DNA from: Pseudomonadota bacterium
GTDB taxonomy: Bacteria > Desulfobacterota > Desulfobacteria > Desulfobacterales > JBDRRP01
Assembly: GCA_043825735.1 (NCBI GenBank)
Contig: JBDRRP010000120.1
Coordinates: 1-37,086, forward strand
Reading direction: 5' to 3'
Length of the DNA stretch: 37,086 nucleotides
The notes under the pieces are model-generated. The model saw nothing but the letters and a program-made list of their open reading frames with translations. It ran no database searches and was not told the origin of the DNA. The position numbers and the translations under genes are program-made. Of this stretch, positions 18,098-27,006 are shown one piece after another (within the stretch, counting starts at the first letter, position 1; each line of letters starts with the position of its first letter).

Positions 18098-19585
18098 ATG
18101 GCAGAAGAACAAAAGGAAACCCAGCAGGCTCCGGCGGCGGCAGCCGCCGGCGAGAGCACACTGCTTGATGAAATCGTCCAGGCAACCAAGGTGAAGCCGA
18201 GTGATGAAGGCTATGCCACCACCCGCAAGGGGGTGCAGGCCTTCATCGACGAAATGCTCAAACCCGGCCGGGAAGGCACACGCGTGGCCGCGTCCATCGT
18301 CGATGACATGATTGCCAGTATCGATCAAAAGCTCAGCGCGCAGACCGATGCCATTTTACACAACGAGGAATTTCAAAAACTGGAATCGGCCTGGCGCTCG
18401 CTGTCATTTCTCGTGGATCGCACCGACTTCAGGGAAAACGTCAAAATCGAGATGCTCAACGCAAACAAGCAGGATCTGCTCGATGATTTCGAGGATGCCC
18501 CGGAGATCACCAAATCGGGGCTCTACAAACTGTGCTACACCCAGGAATACGGCCAGTTCGGCGGTCAGCCCTATGCCATGATGGTGGGCAACTACGAATT
18601 TTCCCCCGGCTCACAGGACATCCGCCTGCTCCAGCATCTGGCCAGCGTGGGCACGATGAGCCATGCCCCTTTCATCGGCGCTGCCGGGCCCGAATTCTTC
18701 GGTCTGCAAAGCTTTGCCGGCCTGCCCAACCTGAAGGATCTGAGCGCCATTTTCGAGATGCCCCAGTACATCAAATGGCAGTCTTTCCGGCAGTCGGAGG
18801 ATTCGCGCAACGTGGGGCTGTGCCTGCCGCACTTTCTGCTGCGCACCCCCTACGGCCCGGACACCAAGCCGGCGAAAAACTTCAATTACAGGGAAGACGT
18901 CTCAGACGGCGACGGGTCGTTTCTGTGGGGCAACGCCGCCTTTGCCTTTGCCACCAAAATCACCGACAGTTTTGCCAAGTACCGCTGGTGCGCCAACATC
19001 ATCGGCCCCCAGGGCGGCGGCGCCGTGGAAGATCTGCCCATCTACCAGTACGAAGCCATGGGCGAGCTTCAGACCAAGATCCCCACGGAAGTGCTCATCA
19101 GCGAACGCAAGGAGTTCGAACTGGCCGAGCAGGGATTCATCGCCCTGACCATGAGAAAGGGGAGCGACAACGCTGCCTTCTTTTCCGCCAACTCGGTACA
19201 AAAGTCTAAAAACTTCGGCAACACTCCCGAAGGCAAGCAGGCCGAACTCAACTACAAACTGGGCACCCAGCTGCCCTACACCTTCATCGTCAGCCGCCTG
19301 GCCCACTACATCAAGGTGATCCAGCGCGAAAATATCGGCACCTGGAAGGAACGCGGCGATCTTGAGACCGAACTCAACAACTGGATCCGCCAGTACGTCT
19401 CCGACCAGGACAACCCGGGTCCGGGTGTGCGCAGCCGCCGGCCCCTTCGAAAAGCCCAGATCGATGTGGCCGACGTCGAAGGCGAGCCCGGCTGGTATCG
19501 CGTGTCACTCAAAGTGCAGCCGCACTTCAAATACATGGGCGCCTCGTTCACCCTGTCTCTGGTCGGCAAACTGGACAAGGAGTAA
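18098..19585 (+). CDS. tssC: T6SS contractile sheath large subunit TssC (VipB)
   Basis: ILH..EFQ.LESAWR, EYGQFGG.P, HAPFI, LWGNAA, GGGAVE.LP, AAFFSANS.QK, SRLAHY.KV.QRE.IG, PL..A.I.V..VEG.PGWY. Confidence 0.97.
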   Translation: MAEEQKETQQAPAAAAAGESTLLDEIVQATKVKPSDEGYATTRKGVQAFIDEMLKPGREGTRVAASIVDDMIASIDQKLSAQTDAILHNEEFQKLESAWRSLSFLVDRTDFRENVKIEMLNANKQDLLDDFEDAPEITKSGLYKLCYTQEYGQFGGQPYAMMVGNYEFSPGSQDIRLLQHLASVGTMSHAPFIGAAGPEFFGLQSFAGLPNLKDLSAIFEMPQYIKWQSFRQSEDSRNVGLCLPHFLLRTPYGPDTKPAKNFNYREDVSDGDGSFLWGNAAFAFATKITDSFAKYRWCANIIGPQGGGAVEDLPIYQYEAMGELQTKIPTEVLISERKEFELAEQGFIALTMRKGSDNAAFFSANSVQKSKNFGNTPEGKQAELNYKLGTQLPYTFIVSRLAHYIKVIQRENIGTWKERGDLETELNNWIRQYVSDQDNPGPGVRSRRPLRKAQIDVADVEGEPGWYRVSLKVQPHFKYMGASFTLSLVGKLDKE

Positions 19586-19683
19586 TCGGTCTCCTGTCCA
19601 TTCACGAATCACCAGGGCACGCGTAACATCAGCGTCCCGGATTGTTTCATACAAAACGTCTCAAGACGAAAGGAGAACGTCCA

Positions 19684-20175
19684 ATGGCAATGACAGCGTA
19701 TCTCAAATTGGAAGGCCAAAACCAGGGCAACATGGAAGGGGACTGCACCCAGAAAGGCCATGAGAAAATGATCCTGGTCTACGGCATGGACCACGCCGTG
19801 GAGATCCCCAAGGACACCCACACCGGCCTGCCCACCGGCCAGCGCATCCATCTGCCGCTGACGATCACCAAGCACAAGGACAAAAGCTCCCCGAAACTCT
19901 TCCAGGCCTGCACCTCGGGAGAGCAGATGAAGACCTTCGAGCTCGATTTCATGCGCATCAATGAAAAAGGCCAGGAAGAGCATTACTTCACCATCAAGCT
20001 TGAAAAAGCCATCATCGTCAACATGCGAGAGTACACCCCGCTGACCTTCCTGCCGGAAAACAAGCCTTACCACGACATGGAGGATGTTTCCTTTACCTAC
20101 GAGAAAATCGTCTGGACTTACGAGCCCGACGGCGTCGAGGCCGAAGACGACTGGAAAGCGCCCAAGTCGGGTTGA
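19684..20175 (+). CDS. hcp: T6SS tube protein Hcp (TssD)
   Basis: AYLKLEG..QG...G.C...G.E..I.V, TG.PTGQR.H.P..ITK..DKSSP.L, HYFTI.LE.A, E.VSF.Y.KI.W. AAGGAG RBS. Confidence 0.97.
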   Translation: MAMTAYLKLEGQNQGNMEGDCTQKGHEKMILVYGMDHAVEIPKDTHTGLPTGQRIHLPLTITKHKDKSSPKLFQACTSGEQMKTFELDFMRINEKGQEEHYFTIKLEKAIIVNMREYTPLTFLPENKPYHDMEDVSFTYEKIVWTYEPDGVEAEDDWKAPKSG

Positions 20176-20207
20176 TCGATCGCGCTGATCGGCATGAGCA
20201 CTTCCGG

Positions 20208-20235
20208 CGGGGGCTGCCGCAACCGGCTGCCCCCG
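20208..20235 (+). terminator. GC-rich hairpin downstream of hcp (weak terminator or mRNA stabiliser)
   Basis: CGGGGGCTGCCG-caac-CGGCTGCCCCCG stem-loop. No clear U-tract. Confidence 0.35.
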
Positions 20236-20341
20236 TCCTATCGTCTCCATGCGGGTGATTTACCCTCGGGGATTCGACCCTGGATGGTCGGCCTGCAGGT
20301 TTACTGTCCGCGCGCATCCATCCCGAAAGCAGGTTCAAATA

Positions 20342-20462
20342 AACCACGAAGCGCACGAAGGTAAACGACTGCGGAGGGTTAACAGGATGTCAAAAAGGCC
20401 ACGCTCAAAGCGACTGACCCAACGCACCGCTCCTTCTTCGTGATCTTCGTGTTCTTCGTGGT
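20342..20462. repeat. 9-bp-period inverted repeat element between hcp and tssE
   Basis: AACCACGAAGCGCACGAAG (20342-20360) pairs with CTTCGTGATCTTCGTGTTCTTCGTGGT (20436-20462). Confidence 0.75.
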
Positions 20463-20501
20463 GATCACGCGTTACCCATACCACCTTCGGAGCAACGGTT
20501 C

Positions 20502-20915
20502 ATGTATGAAGAGCGGCTACTGGAAAGAATCTGCAATCTTGAGGCCCGCGCCGGGGAGCGTGCCGGAACGGACATCACCCGGGCCACCCGATCGATCATC
20601 ATGCACCTTCAACGCATGCTCAACACCCGGCAGGGTGGGGTCCCCATCGACGATGACTACGGCGTGCCGGATCTGACCAACTACCCCGGCGACAACCTGG
20701 TGGAAACCGGGAAAAACATCGCCGCAACGATCCGCGACTTCATTACCCGTTACGAACCCCGGCTGGACAAGGTTCGCATTTCGTTCCAGACCCAGGACGA
20801 AGATGTCCTCGCCCTGCGATTTCGCCTCGAAGGCGATCTTTTGAGAGAAAACAAGACGCCCATCGTATTGGAGACACTGGTCGACTCCACGGGCAAAATC
20901 AGCGTCGCGCAATAA
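20502..20915 (+). CDS. tssE: T6SS baseplate subunit TssE (gp25-like)
   Basis: LLERI, SI..HL.R.LNTRQG, DYG.PD, I.RYEPRL motifs. Confidence 0.95.
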   Translation: MYEERLLERICNLEARAGERAGTDITRATRSIIMHLQRMLNTRQGGVPIDDDYGVPDLTNYPGDNLVETGKNIAATIRDFITRYEPRLDKVRISFQTQDEDVLALRFRLEGDLLRENKTPIVLETLVDSTGKISVAQ

Positions 20916-20925
20916 ACGGAGCATC

Positions 20926-22662
20926 GTGGCTTACAGCAAATACTACCAGGCAGAACTTCAAAATCTCCGGGAACTGGCCGTCTCCTTTTCCAAAGTCCAC
21001 CCGGCCGCTGCCCCGCTGCTCGGCGGCCCCTCCGGGGATCCCGATGTGGAGCGCCTGCTGGAAGGCGTTGCGTTTCTGACGGGGCTGTTGCGGCAGAAAC
21101 TCGACGATGAACTCCCGGAAATCGTCCGCGGCCTGATGGACATCGTCTTTCCCCATTATCTTCGCCCGCTGCCGTCCGTATCGATGGTCGCCTTTACCCC
21201 CAAGCCGAATCTTCAAGAATCCATTACCGTACCGGCCGGAACGTCTCTGGGCACCAACCCGGTGGGAGAGGCCATCTGCACCTTCCGCACCTGCTACGCG
21301 GTGGAGGCCCATCCGCTCAAGCTCGAATCTGCCGAACGGCTCCAGCAACCGGGCGCTCCCGACCGGATTCGCCTGCGCCTGGCACTGACCGGCCCGAGCC
21401 TGGATCAGTGGACGCTGTCCAAACTCACGTTTTCCCTCGGAGGCAGCACCGCTCAGGCAATGGACCTTTATCTGCTGCTGACCCGTTACGTGCGGAAAAT
21501 CTCCATCGTTCCGGCTGAAGGCGGCCGCCCCTGCGTGCTGCCCCCGTCAGCGCTGGCACCTGCCGGTTTCGACCGGGAAAACAACCTGCTGCCCTTCCCG
21601 ACCCAGTCCTTTTCAGGATACCGCTGGCTCCAGGAATATTTTGCTCTGCCGCAAAAATTCCTTTTCCTGAATCTGACCGGTTGGGAGCAGTGGCAGGACC
21701 GGGGAAAGGGCCAGCGCTTTGACATCGTGTTTGAAATGCTCTCGGCCCCCATCGGGCTGCCCCGGGTGTCGGCCGGACAGTTTCTGCTTTTTACGACACC
21801 GGTGATCAACCTGTTTGACCACGAATCTGATCCCATCTCCCTGGATCACCGCCAGCCGCGGGTGCGCGTTCGCCCGTCCATGAACCAGGATGAAGACATG
21901 CAGGTGTACAGCGTGGACCGGGTAACCGGATTTACGGAAGGCTCGGTTGAGAAACGGACCTACGCCCCGCTGAGCTATTTTTCAAGAGACGCGGACGAGG
22001 GGACGTTTTATCAGGTGGCACGGGGGATCTCCCCGGTTCACAACCGGCCGGAGACCTTTCTGATCTTCACCTACCCGGCCCAGGGGGCGGCGCCGAGCAA
22101 GGAAGTGCTCACCATCCGGCTCACCTGCACCAACGGATCGCTGCCTGAACGCCTTCAACTGGGGGATATCTGCTGCCAGACGTCAGATTCGCCGGAGCTG
22201 CTCACATTCAGAAACATCATCCCCCCCACCGCACAGGTGGACCCGCCCCTGGGGGGAAACGGCCTTTGGCGGCTGCTCTCGCACCTGTCGCTGAACCTTC
22301 TGTCGCTCATGGACCTGGAGGGGCTGAAGGAACTGCTGCGCCTTTATCTCTTCCCGGAAGGCCGGGACAAGGTGAAAATCACCGCCAACCTCAAGCGGGT
22401 CGAGGGGATCAGTGACGTGACCACGCGCGCGGCCGACCGGCTGATTCATGGGGTGATGGTCAGGGGCCAGGAGATTACCATGACCGTCCGCAAAGACAAT
22501 TTCGCCAGTCTGGGCGATCTCTTTTTATTCGGATCGGTCATGGATGCGTTTTTCAGCGAATACAGCAGCATGAATGCCTTTACCCAGCTTCGAATCAAAG
22601 AAACCATCTCCGGGGAGACCTACTCATGGCCCGAGCGGATCGGCGATCGCCGGTTGATCTGA
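20926..22662 (+). CDS. tssF: T6SS baseplate subunit TssF
   Basis: YYQ.EL..LRELA..F...HP..A, DPDVERLLEG.AFL, LDDE.PE, PHYLRP.PS, GYR.LQEYF..P.KF.F, P.INLF, W.L.SHL.LN, N.FTQL. Confidence 0.96.
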   Translation: MAYSKYYQAELQNLRELAVSFSKVHPAAAPLLGGPSGDPDVERLLEGVAFLTGLLRQKLDDELPEIVRGLMDIVFPHYLRPLPSVSMVAFTPKPNLQESITVPAGTSLGTNPVGEAICTFRTCYAVEAHPLKLESAERLQQPGAPDRIRLRLALTGPSLDQWTLSKLTFSLGGSTAQAMDLYLLLTRYVRKISIVPAEGGRPCVLPPSALAPAGFDRENNLLPFPTQSFSGYRWLQEYFALPQKFLFLNLTGWEQWQDRGKGQRFDIVFEMLSAPIGLPRVSAGQFLLFTTPVINLFDHESDPISLDHRQPRVRVRPSMNQDEDMQVYSVDRVTGFTEGSVEKRTYAPLSYFSRDADEGTFYQVARGISPVHNRPETFLIFTYPAQGAAPSKEVLTIRLTCTNGSLPERLQLGDICCQTSDSPELLTFRNIIPPTAQVDPPLGGNGLWRLLSHLSLNLLSLMDLEGLKELLRLYLFPEGRDKVKITANLKRVEGISDVTTRAADRLIHGVMVRGQEITMTVRKDNFASLGDLFLFGSVMDAFFSEYSSMNAFTQLRIKETISGETYSWPERIGDRRLI

Positions 22663-23645
22663 AGACGCAGCTGCTCCAGGAGGGAAAGCGCTTTTCCTTT
22701 GTCCAGGCAATGCGCCTTTTGCACTTCCTGGTGAAGCGCCAGGCCGGAAACGATGTGGACCCCCACACCCTGGAGCAGCGGATCCGCTGCCGGCCGGCGC
22801 TCTCCCTCGATTTTCCGGGCACGGACATCACGGCCATCGGCACCTCGGGCGAAGCGCCGGAAACCTTCGACATCACGGCGACCTTTCTAGGCCTGTACGG
22901 GGCATCATCCCCGCTGCCCACGTTTTACACCGAAGACCTGCTTCACGAGCAAAGCGACGACAAATCCATCACGCGTGACTTTCTGGACATTTTCAACGCG
23001 CCGCTCTACCCGCTGTATTTCCGCGGCTGGGGGAAATATCAGCTGGCCTACCAGATTGTCGAACAGGAAGATCCGGACACCCTCCACCGGCTGTTCAGCC
23101 TCCTGGGCCTGGAGAGCCCGCTGTTTCAGCGGCGCCTGAGCGATCCGATGGCGCTGCTGCGCTACATCGGCCTGACCACCCAATCGCCGCGATCGGCCGA
23201 AGGGCTGCGCGCCCTGCTCTCCGACGCCCTTGACGCGCCGCGGCTGGGCATCGTCCAGTGTGTCACGCGTCTGGCGTCCATCCCGGAGGATCAGCGATGC
23301 CGCCTCGGCATTTCAGGCGCCTCCCTGGGCCACAACAGCTATCTCGGCGTGCGCATCACCGATCGCATGGGAAAATTTCGGGTGCACATCGGGGCGGCCG
23401 ATGGGCAGACCCTCCACCGGCTTCTCCCTGACGGCGTTCATTTTAAAAAAATGACCGAGATGATCGGTTTCTATCTCGATCAGCCCCTCACCTGGGATCT
23501 TGAAATCACGGTTGCAGCCGGTGAAACCCGGCACGCCGGTCTGGGCACCGATACCTGGTCCCGTCTCGGATGGAACACCTGGCTTTTTTCCGGGCCGCCA
23601 CCGAACCGGGAATTGCCGGCGGTTTTTCACGCCCCCGCCCACTGA
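22626..23645 (+). CDS. tssG: T6SS baseplate subunit TssG
   Basis: FSF.QA.RLL, L.FP..DI, FLGLYG..SPLP.FYTE, DFLDIFN, RSA.GL, LG.....LGW.TWL. Typical overlap with the tssF end. Confidence 0.95.
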   Translation: MARADRRSPVDLKTQLLQEGKRFSFVQAMRLLHFLVKRQAGNDVDPHTLEQRIRCRPALSLDFPGTDITAIGTSGEAPETFDITATFLGLYGASSPLPTFYTEDLLHEQSDDKSITRDFLDIFNAPLYPLYFRGWGKYQLAYQIVEQEDPDTLHRLFSLLGLESPLFQRRLSDPMALLRYIGLTTQSPRSAEGLRALLSDALDAPRLGIVQCVTRLASIPEDQRCRLGISGASLGHNSYLGVRITDRMGKFRVHIGAADGQTLHRLLPDGVHFKKMTEMIGFYLDQPLTWDLEITVAAGETRHAGLGTDTWSRLGWNTWLFSGPPPNRELPAVFHAPAH

Positions 23646-23728
23646 CAAGGGCCGCCGCCGGCTGGCCGCGTTGATCAACGGCCGGGGGCCGTATTGAGCA
23701 TTTCTCTGAACACATTAGGAGGCAAAAT

Positions 23729-26401
23729 ATGATCACTGTCGATATGAAATCCCTGCTGCTGCACCTGAACGGTTTTTGCACGAACACGCTGCAGATCGCT
23801 GCCGGTCTGTGCGTATCGCGAACCCACTATGAAATCAGCGTGGAGCACCTCATCACCAAAATGCTGGAAGACGACCGTTCAGACTGGCCCCTGATCTTTT
23901 CCAAGACCGGCGTGGACAAGGGGCGCGTGCTGAAGACCGTGGGAGAAGTGCTCGAGGACCTGAAGACAGGCAATGCCGGCAAACCGGTGTTCTCGCCCGT
24001 GCTCATCGAGTGGTTCCAGGACGCCTGGATGATCGCCTCCATCGATCTCGGAGATCAGAAGGTGCGCTCCGGCGCCCTGCTGCTGGCCATGCTGGCCCGG
24101 CCCGGCTTCTTTGCCGGCGGCCGCTATGTGGATCTGATCAAGGCCATCAACCGGGAAACCCTCCTGAAGGACTTTTATGCCATCACCAAGGGCTCGGCCG
24201 AATTCGTTTCGGCGGCCGCCGCCCCCGGCTCAGCCGCGCCGGCACCGGGACAGAAAGGGGGCGGGTTCCTGGACCGGTTCTGCATCAATTTCACGGAAAA
24301 AGCGTCCGCCGGCGGCATCGATCCTGTCTTTGGCCGGGACAAGGAAATCCGGCAGATGATCGACATCCTGGCCCGGCGCCGGAAAAACAACCCCATCTGC
24401 GTGGGCGAGCCGGGTGTGGGCAAAACCGCCGTCGTGGAAGGCCTGGCCCTTCGCATCGTAGAGGACGACGTCCCCGACCTGCTGAAAAACGTCACCCTCG
24501 TGGGGCTCGACATGGGACTCCTTGAGGCCGGCGCCGGCATGAAGGGCGAATTCGAAAACCGTCTCAAGGGGGTCATCGACGAGGTCAAGGCGTCTGAAAA
24601 ACCCATCATCATGTTCATCGACGAGGCCCACACCCTGGTGGGCGCCGGCGGCACGGCCGGCGGCAGCGACGCAGCCAACCTGCTCAAGCCCGCGCTCGCC
24701 CGCGGCGAGCTCAGAACCGTGGCGGCCACCACCTGGAGCGAGTACAAGAAGTATTTTGAAAAAGACCCGGCCCTGGCCCGTCGCTTTCAGCTCGTCAAGC
24801 TGGACGAGCCCTCGGTGGAAGATACCGTGCTGATTCTTCGGGGCATCAAGGCCAACTACGAAACCGCCCACAAGGTCATCGTCCGCGACGATGCCGTGGA
24901 AGCGGCGGCCGAGCTCTCCGACCGGTACATCAGCGGGCGCTTTCTGCCGGACAAGGCCATCGATCTCATCGACACCGCCTGCGCCCGGGTGAAGATCAAC
25001 CTGAGCGCCAAACCACCGTCACTGGAGGATCTGGAGCGCACCATCCAGGCCGCCCAGCGGCAAAAGGACGCCCTGGACCGGGACACGGCCAACGGCATCG
25101 CCGTGGACGCCGAGCGCTACGCGGCGACCCTGAAAACCATCGAGACCACCACCGCCGACGCCGAAGCCCTCCGTCAACGATGGCTGACCGAGCAGGCGGC
25201 CGTGAGAAGCGTCATCGACATCCGCGAACAGATCCAGGCCGCCGCGGACGAAGCGGCGCGCGGCTCGCTCGAAGCCGCGCGCAAAACCGCCGATGGCGCC
25301 CTGGCCTCGCTCCAGGGGGATGATCCGCTTATCCGCATCGAGGTCAGCCCCGATGTGGTCGCCCAGGTGGTCTCCGATTGGACCGGCATCCCACTCGGCC
25401 GCATGCTCAAAGACGAGGCCGACAACGTCATCCACCTCAAGGACCGCCTCCAGCGCCGCATCAAGGGACAGGATCAGGCGCTGGAAGCCATGGCCGAGGT
25501 GATCAAGGCTGCCAAGGCCGGCATTAAAAACCCCGAGCAGCCCCTGGGGGTCTTCATGTTTGCCGGTCCCAGCGGTGTGGGCAAAACCGAAACCGGGCTG
25601 GCGCTGGCGGAGCTGCTCTTCGGCAGCGAGCGCCAGGTGGTCACCATCAACATGAGCGAATTTCAGGAAAGCCACACGGTCAGCCGCCTGATCGGCTCGC
25701 CGCCGGGCTACGTGGGCTACGGTGAGGGGGGCATGCTCACCGAGGCCGTGCGCCAGAAACCCTACTCGGTGGTACTGCTGGACGAGACCGAAAAGGCCCA
25801 CATCGATGTCATGAATCTTTTTTACCAGGTATTCGACAAGGGGATGCTCACCGACGGCGAGGGAAAAGAGATCAACTTCAGAAACACCATCATCATCCTC
25901 ACCAGCAACCTGGGCTCGGACGTCATCCAGGAGATGACCGGCGCGGGCGATCCGCCGCCGCCCGACGCCGTGCTGAGCGCGGTGCGCCCCATCTTGTCCG
26001 AGCACTTCAAACCGGCCCTGCTGGCGAGAATGGCCGTCATCCCCTACTACAGCCTCGACAAGGCGGCCATGTCCCGGATCGTCGATCTGAAGCTCAACAA
26101 GATCCAGAAGACCCTTCTGGAAAACAACAAAATGACGCTCACCTACAGCGATGCGGTGGCCGCCCAGATCACGGCCCGGTGCACCGAGGTGGAAACCGGG
26201 GCCCGCAACATCGAATACATCCTCAACGCCAACATCCTGCCCCGCCTCTCCCAGAGCATCCTGGGGCACATGAGCGGCGGGGCCATGCCCGAGCGCGTGG
26301 CCCTTGATGTAGACACCACCGGAGAGTTCACCATCGCTTTCGATGAACCCAAAGATGACTCCAAAACGGAGAAAAAAGCCGCGAAAAAAAAGAAATCCTG
26401 A
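23729..26401 (+). CDS. tssH: T6SS AAA+ ATPase ClpV (TssH)
   Basis: Two Walker A motifs (GEPGVGKT, GPSGVGKT); IDPVFGRD.EIRQMIDIL.RRRKNNPI, DAANLLKPALARGE, GARN; ClpV-type N-terminus. Confidence 0.97.
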   Translation: MITVDMKSLLLHLNGFCTNTLQIAAGLCVSRTHYEISVEHLITKMLEDDRSDWPLIFSKTGVDKGRVLKTVGEVLEDLKTGNAGKPVFSPVLIEWFQDAWMIASIDLGDQKVRSGALLLAMLARPGFFAGGRYVDLIKAINRETLLKDFYAITKGSAEFVSAAAAPGSAAPAPGQKGGGFLDRFCINFTEKASAGGIDPVFGRDKEIRQMIDILARRRKNNPICVGEPGVGKTAVVEGLALRIVEDDVPDLLKNVTLVGLDMGLLEAGAGMKGEFENRLKGVIDEVKASEKPIIMFIDEAHTLVGAGGTAGGSDAANLLKPALARGELRTVAATTWSEYKKYFEKDPALARRFQLVKLDEPSVEDTVLILRGIKANYETAHKVIVRDDAVEAAAELSDRYISGRFLPDKAIDLIDTACARVKINLSAKPPSLEDLERTIQAAQRQKDALDRDTANGIAVDAERYAATLKTIETTTADAEALRQRWLTEQAAVRSVIDIREQIQAAADEAARGSLEAARKTADGALASLQGDDPLIRIEVSPDVVAQVVSDWTGIPLGRMLKDEADNVIHLKDRLQRRIKGQDQALEAMAEVIKAAKAGIKNPEQPLGVFMFAGPSGVGKTETGLALAELLFGSERQVVTINMSEFQESHTVSRLIGSPPGYVGYGEGGMLTEAVRQKPYSVVLLDETEKAHIDVMNLFYQVFDKGMLTDGEGKEINFRNTIIILTSNLGSDVIQEMTGAGDPPPPDAVLSAVRPILSEHFKPALLARMAVIPYYSLDKAAMSRIVDLKLNKIQKTLLENNKMTLTYSDAVAAQITARCTEVETGARNIEYILNANILPRLSQSILGHMSGGAMPERVALDVDTTGEFTIAFDEPKDDSKTEKKAAKKKKS

Positions 26402-26549
26402 AATCGATCGGTCGCGGACGTCCGCCTGACCGCGTGTCGCTGGCCGGATGATTGCACCGGGGACATCATCCCGTTGGCGCGGGCCGGCAGCGCCACATCG
26501 ACCGCAGTGCCGTTATGCCTTGCGGGCACAGTGCCAATAAACAACGAAC

Positions 26550-26690
26550 CCATCGTCTTTGTGGCAGGCCGCCTGCGCGCCGATCCAGCGCCGCACCAGT
26601 GTCAGCGGCATGAACTGCCTGGCGGTGGTGCCCAACACGGTCGGCGTGACCATGACCCCGAGCCAGTTGACCTGCCTGGTGCTGGGATAG
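26550..26690 (+). pseudogene. Relic 3' end of a DUF4150/PAAR-like gene (not in the ORF track)
   Basis: The frame ending at TAG 26688-26690 reads ...CAPIQRRTSVSGMNCLAVVPNTVGVTMTPSQLTCLVLG*, resembling the DUF4150 C-terminus (cf. NAVGSNLAPSQNKVMIMS of 33944-34339). IVFVAG lies just upstream in another frame; in-frame TAA at 26538; no full-length start. Confidence 0.6.
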
Positions 26691-26748
26691 CTGCAACCAC
26701 AAACCAATTTTCGCGCAGAGACGCAGGGACGCAGAGAAAACAGTATTA

Positions 26749-26903
26749 GTGTACGTTCATAAATACCCCGCCCCTGGCGGGAGGGGACAGGGGAGGGGGC
26801 GGGCCGGAATAAGACACTCTCTTGTTATCGGTGGGCTGTCACCCTCACCCCGGCCCTCTCCCATCAAGGGAGAGGGCGCAAGAGACTTCCCATGGATGGA
26901 CAC
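26749..26903. mobile_element. MITE-like element with imperfect terminal inverted repeats, TA-flanked
   Basis: TA-GTGTACGTTCAT (26747-26760) ... ATGGATGGACAC-TA (26892-26905). Internal CCCTCTCCC..GGGAGAGGG hairpin. Inverted copy at 7143-7280; terminal motif shared with 34339-34481. Confidence 0.7.
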
Positions 26904-26926
26904 TAATTGACAAGTGTGCTTGAAAA

Positions 26927-26973
26927 CCTTCGTGTCCTCCGTGTACTCCGTGTACTCCGTGTACTCCGTGGTT
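26927..26973. repeat. Tandem 9-bp repeat (CTCCGTGTA)n ending CCGTGGTT
   Basis: cttcgtgtc ctccgtgta ctccgtgta ctccgtgta ctccgtggtt; same family as 5190-5215. Confidence 0.85.
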
Positions 26974-27006
26974 AAACATCACGTTGGGAAAAGACAGAGA
27001 GGCGCC

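Noticed and set aside
25019..26269. 416-aa minus-strand ORF and similar long antisense ORFs over clpV, vgrG and the pentapeptide genes
   Set aside because: Shadow frames of conserved genes.
26914..27006. N-terminal extension of vgrG1 (SVYSVYSVV) in the ORF track
   Set aside because: It is the translation of the 9-bp repeat; ATG 27007 aligns with the starts of vgrG2 and vgrG3.
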